64,000 nt of DNA, taken from the NCBI GenBank assembly GCA_052426225.1, contig JBNJNM010000011.1:3844001-3908000 (forward strand). The letters run 5' to 3'. The first letter of the stretch is position 1; each line of letters starts with the position of its first letter. Of this stretch, positions 59,967 to 64,000 are shown one piece after another. The notes below the pieces were generated by a model. It was not told the DNA's origin and ran no database searches. It saw nothing but the letters and a program-made list of their open reading frames with translations. Position numbers and translations under genes: made by a program. The stretch is from Zancudomyces culisetae HAW-14-8. Its lineage: Eukaryota; Fungi; Kickxellomycota.

Positions 59967-61524
59967 GTTTGAGGAAAGGGGGGAAATGGGGGGAAAGAAA
60001 GGGAGAAGTGAGAAGAAAGATGAAAGATGGATAAAGGGGCTTACATCTAACTCAGTTATTCTAGTATATATGTATGCATACATCTGCTTATACTACACAT
60101 CGCTTTTGTTTTTCCTTGATATACATTTATGTGTGCACACTGAAGCATCCTATGAAAACGCTTGCCAAAGTGAATAAAAATAACCCACGAATCGATGAGT
60201 AGGCTAGCAAAAAACATTTTCTTTCGCTTTAGCTGAAAAAAGGACTAAAAAGCTAAGCACTAATGGTTAGCTTTGGTCAGAATATATTGTGTTCCGCGAT
60301 GGGTGCAATACCGACGTCACCAGACTGTAATTGTTTCTTCCCCCCACCTTTTAGCATATTGTACATTTTTTATTATATTTTTAATTATTTCATATTAACC
60401 CATTTAGGAACGGTAATGGAAGAACAAAGAAAGCATCATTTTGCACTTTATTTTGCATGAACATTCTCAAGGCCTTGTCATAGTAATTTTTCGGTTATAT
60501 TAAAGTTTTACTGCTCATCAGATCCACCCAACCATTTCGCTTTGTTTGCGTCTTTTATTTTTTCTGAACTGAAATTGCTCAATAAAGCTGCGCTTTATTC
60601 ACACTATTCTTGGGAGATAAAAAAATGGTTAGAATATTATAGATATACGCGCCCCAATACAAAAGGCTCAGTTCCAATTTAACATGACTAACTGCTATTT
60701 TAGAGGTATTTAAAACTATGTATTTTTGTTTACTTGTTTGAAATGCTTAAACTACCCATGTATGTGTGATGATATAAGATGAACCTTTTCTTTTTCTTTT
60801 TCTCTCTTTTTTTCTTACGGACTCCAGCTTATAAATGCAAATATGCATATTTATATACTATGATCAATACAAATGGCAACTCTGGAGCCAAAAGGTAAAA
60901 ACTCAACTGATAAGGGGATCTCAACCTACAGTAATTCATTTTTACAAAACATAATCAATAACAGTACACGCTTGCTCAACCTGAGATGGGAAGAGGCTAG
61001 GATGAAATACTAAACCTAAAATAAGTGATAGTTATCAAGGATGAATCTAGCTATAGAACGAAGTGTGCACCAATATCTGTGTGGGGTTTTGTACATAAAA
61101 GTTCAGGGTGGGTCGACTATTTGGATTTGATTTGATTCCTTCAGCAAGCTTTTACGATTCTTAGACCCAAAACACGTTGTATGTACCCACAAAATAGGAT
61201 TAAAAAAATTTTTTTTGATCAATTTGGTGGATAATGAAGCAATTAATTAAATGATGTAAAATCCAAATCGTAAATGTGTTATGAATTACGTTAGTGGGAA
61301 TATTTCATAAGCATACCCAAACCTGGTCTCAATTTTCTTTTTATTCTTAAAGCTAAAGAGTATACAAAATTTGACTTGGCAAAGTAAAACTCAATTGGTT
61401 TTGATTACTATTGTAACATACCGTTTTTTTTTAGTGATTCTCTTTGAGTCCAAGTAAATCAATAGACGAAAAAAAAAACACAACCACTAGAATAATACGC
61501 AAATAAAAAACAAGGAGAGGTATA

Positions 61525-62787
61525 ATGAGCAGTTCGAACTCGAGCCGAGCACAATTATTCGTCGGAAGACTCCCAAGAGATATTAGAGTCTCTGAGCTTG
61601 AGGAGATATTTGGTGAGTATGGGAAACTCACACGATGTGATGTAAAGGTAGGTCTTTGCAAGTATTTCTAGGTACTGTTTATTGACTCATGCATTGTAGA
61701 AATCACGACCTATTTTTTTTACCAAGAATTATTCACTATAGTTTGATGATATTGAATACTTACTAAATGCTGTTTAATTGATGTTTTGTAGAGGGGACCG
61801 AATCTATGTAAGGAAGCAGACAAAAACCGAATTAAGTGAAATAATATTGCATAGTAATAATTAAATGTGCTAACTAAAATATAAATAGGCTACGGATTTG
61901 TAGAGTACGAGGACCGACGCGATGCAGAGGATGCGATCAAATACTGCGATCGCAAGAGTCTGGACGGGGAACGCATTGTAGTAGAATTTGCCAAAGGCTC
62001 AGCACGGCGAACCGACGACAACCAGTGCTTTGCATGTGGGCGTGAGGGACATTGGGCGCGAGACTGCCCAACACGGCGCAAGCGCAGCAGAAGTAGAAGT
62101 AGAGGCAGAAGTCGATCGCCATACCGCCGTGGACACCGAGAAGGTAGTCGATATAGGGAAAGAAGTAGAGGTGCTAGTAGAAGTAGGAGCAGAAGTAGTA
62201 GGAGTAGGAGTGGAAGTAGAAGTAGAAGTACTAGGAGTAGGAGTAGGAGTAGGAGTAGAACTCCAGATAGACGTCGGGCGAGAAGATACTTGAGATCAAA
62301 TTCAAGGTCAGGGTCAAGATCTCCCTCGAGATCGCGTTCCAGATCATACTCCAGATCTAGGTCGCTATCGTCCAGGAGATACTCACGATCCCGATCACGA
62401 ACAAGGTCAAGAACAAGGTCAGCGTCGCGAAGGTTGGGCTCAGTACCACGATCACGATTGCGTTCTTATTCGCGATCAAGATCACGCACACCAAACCGAA
62501 GTGGGGGTGAAAGTAGAAGTAGGAGTAGAACTAGAAGCAGAAGCAGAACTAGAAGCAGAAGCAGAACTAGAAGCAGAACTAGAAGCAGAACTAGAAGTAG
62601 GAGTAGGAGTAGGAGTAGGAGTAGAAGTAGAACTAGAAGCAGAACTAGAAGCAGAACTAGAAGCAGAACTAGAAGCAGAACTAGAAGTAGGAGTAGAAGT
62701 AGGAGTAGGAGCAGAACTAGAAGCAGAACTAGAAGTAGGAGTAGGAGTAAAAGTCGAGCTAGATCAAGCGACAAACTAGACCAATAA
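61525..62787 (+). CDS. SR splicing factor: RRM, CCHC zinc knuckle and RS domain (SRSF7/RSZ-like), 3 exons
   Basis: Exons 61525-61647, 61792-61807 (16 nt), 61889-62787. RNP2 LFVGRL, RNP1 YGFVEYEDRRDAEDAI, knuckle CFACGREGHWARDC and a long RS/RT tail. Confidence 0.92.
62512..62748 (+). repeat. Coding minisatellite (AGAAGC/AGAACT/AGGAGT units) encoding RS/RT dipeptides
   Basis: Tandem 6- and 12-bp units such as AGAAGCAGAACT repeated many times. Confidence 0.9.
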
Positions 62788-62910
62788 TAGGGGGTCTTTT
62801 TTACTTTCTTTGAGAAAGTTTATTAATTTTTGAGTTTAATTTTAGTGATAAGTCAACAAGATGTGAATAATAATAATAAAGACAAAAAAAAAAAAGAAAA
62901 AGGTGGGTTC

Positions 62911-64000
62911 TCAAGAATTTAGAAGATTTTTAAGAGCAGGTTCGTTTTTAGCAAAAAGGTCAATTTTCTGGGATCGCGCAAATTCAAGGAGTGCCTTCCT
63001 GGCGTTTGGAATCAGGAGACTATTGTCGCGGACATAGGTAAGAAGTGTGCTCCAGTAAGGAGTCTGCTTGTTGTGCGACTGATTTCCATTGCCACTGCCA
63101 TTAGTTTTGCCATTTATGGTCTCATTGATTGCATTGCCACCATTTTTAGTGGTTATATCAGAAATAGAGCTGGGAATAGAGGTAGAGGTAGAGGTAGAGG
63201 CATTGACAAGAGCGTTATAATTACCAATAATAAATAGTGACTGCTTAGCCCGAGTGATTGCCACGTTGATACGGCGCCGGTCATTTAGAAAGCCGAGCGA
63301 GCTTCCCGCACGTACACAACTGAACAGGATAATATCTTTCTCCTGTCCCTGAAACCCATCAATGGTATTGAAATCTATGGGGCCATCTGTAACGTCGTTT
63401 CCAAATGCATTCCGGAACTGATTTCTGAGCAGCCTGAGCTGTTGTTTGTATGGTGTAATAACACCAATTCGACCAAACAGTGACTCCCCAGGAAATAAAA
63501 GCGCCAAGCATCGGACTAGCAGCACAGCAAATTGTGCTTCGCGAAGATTGTACAGTGAGTGTGAGCTGCTGTTGTTTATCGTTGTACCAACCTTCTCAAA
63601 CCCATCAACATCGAAAAAGACAAGTGGAGCAAAAAACGGGGCCAGGCGATGCCACGATGCAGATCGGCTGACGCTGAGATTTTCGGCATCGAGGAGACGG
63701 CGGTCGTAGAAAAGCGAGGATGGTAAATAGCTGATGCTGGGATGCATGCGGTACTGGATACTCAGTAGCTGCACGTCGCAGTTGTTCAGCATCATGCGTA
63801 CAAATAAGCTCTGGTTGTAACCATACGATCCAGCGTCGAGCGATAGCACGGTTGGTGGCAGCTGATTCGGATCACCAACAAATACGCATTTGGTCGGGCC
63901 GTACCGTAGCGGAATGAGTGCGCTCATTTCAACAGCCTGGGATGCCTCATCGACAATGACGCATTGGAAGCGGTGTGCTGTAACAAAGACACCAAGTGAT
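62911..64000 (-). CDS. SEN1: Sen1/senataxin-like SF1 helicase, C-terminal part (5' partial)
   Basis: VIVDEASQAVEMSALIPLRYG, VGDPNQLPPTVLS, YNQSLFVRM, LLSIQYRMHP, IGVITPYKQQ, TIDGFQGQEKDII and RRINVAITRAK. Confidence 0.92.
   Translation of the reverse strand, partial: SLGVFVTAHRFQCVIVDEASQAVEMSALIPLRYGPTKCVFVGDPNQLPPTVLSLDAGSYGYNQSLFVRMMLNNCDVQLLSIQYRMHPSISYLPSSLFYDRRLLDAENLSVSRSASWHRLAPFFAPLVFFDVDGFEKVGTTINNSSSHSLYNLREAQFAVLLVRCLALLFPGESLFGRIGVITPYKQQLRLLRNQFRNAFGNDVTDGPIDFNTIDGFQGQEKDIILFSCVRAGSSLGFLNDRRRINVAITRAKQSLFIIGNYNALVNASTSTSTSIPSSISDITTKNGGNAINETINGKTNGSGNGNQSHNKQTPYWSTLLTYVRDNSLLIPNARKALLEFARSQKIDLFAKNEPALKNLLNS

Noticed and set aside
62466-62779. Poly-Leu (minus strand) and EAEL/VGVG (plus strand) ORFs in the track, also 61988-62293
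   Set aside because: Alternative-frame shadows of the RS-domain repeat.
1-64000. CRISPR arrays, rRNA, intact transposons or LTRs
   Set aside because: No regularly spaced repeats, rRNA signatures, transposase/RT/integrase ORFs or terminal repeats were seen.

Overview
AT-rich eukaryotic genomic DNA with short GT-AG spliceosomal introns and fungal-type proteins. It is probably an early-diverging fungus; an insect-gut Harpellales-like lineage is a guess, not shown by the sequence. About 23 protein-coding genes are supported, in order: 3' end of homogentisate dioxygenase, RPN2, a protoglobin-family globin, RRP41, a small secreted Cys-rich protein, a trypsin-like protease, an aquaglyceroporin, IMP4, a degenerate NADPH-oxidase homolog, mitochondrial L17, a PLC-like phosphodiesterase, a divergent hexokinase, a SKP1-like protein, PRE8, a TM RING-H2 ligase, PAQR/IZH, a NAP/SET chaperone, MHR1, PMC1, BDF1, HACL1, STU1/CLASP, an SR splicing factor and the 3' part of SEN1. 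Genes sit mostly in tight convergent pairs separated by long divergent spacers. I rebuilt the exon structures by hand where the ORF track split genes. I could not support any rRNA, tRNA, CRISPR array or intact transposon. Best leads: (1) an intact NoxB-like ORF that has lost both inner-heme His ligands, the NADPH-binding GxGxxP loop and the terminal Phe, and whose stop codon overlaps that of IMP4; (2) an unannotated TATA-driven 32-aa CxxxCxCxxC microprotein in an 8.4-kb spacer; (3) a tail-anchored protoglobin; (4) a cationic RKRR-processed secreted protein next to a surface-anchored trypsin; (5) a frame-critical 16-nt micro-exon in the SR gene; (6) a hidden spliced micro-gene near 59.6-60.0 kb.
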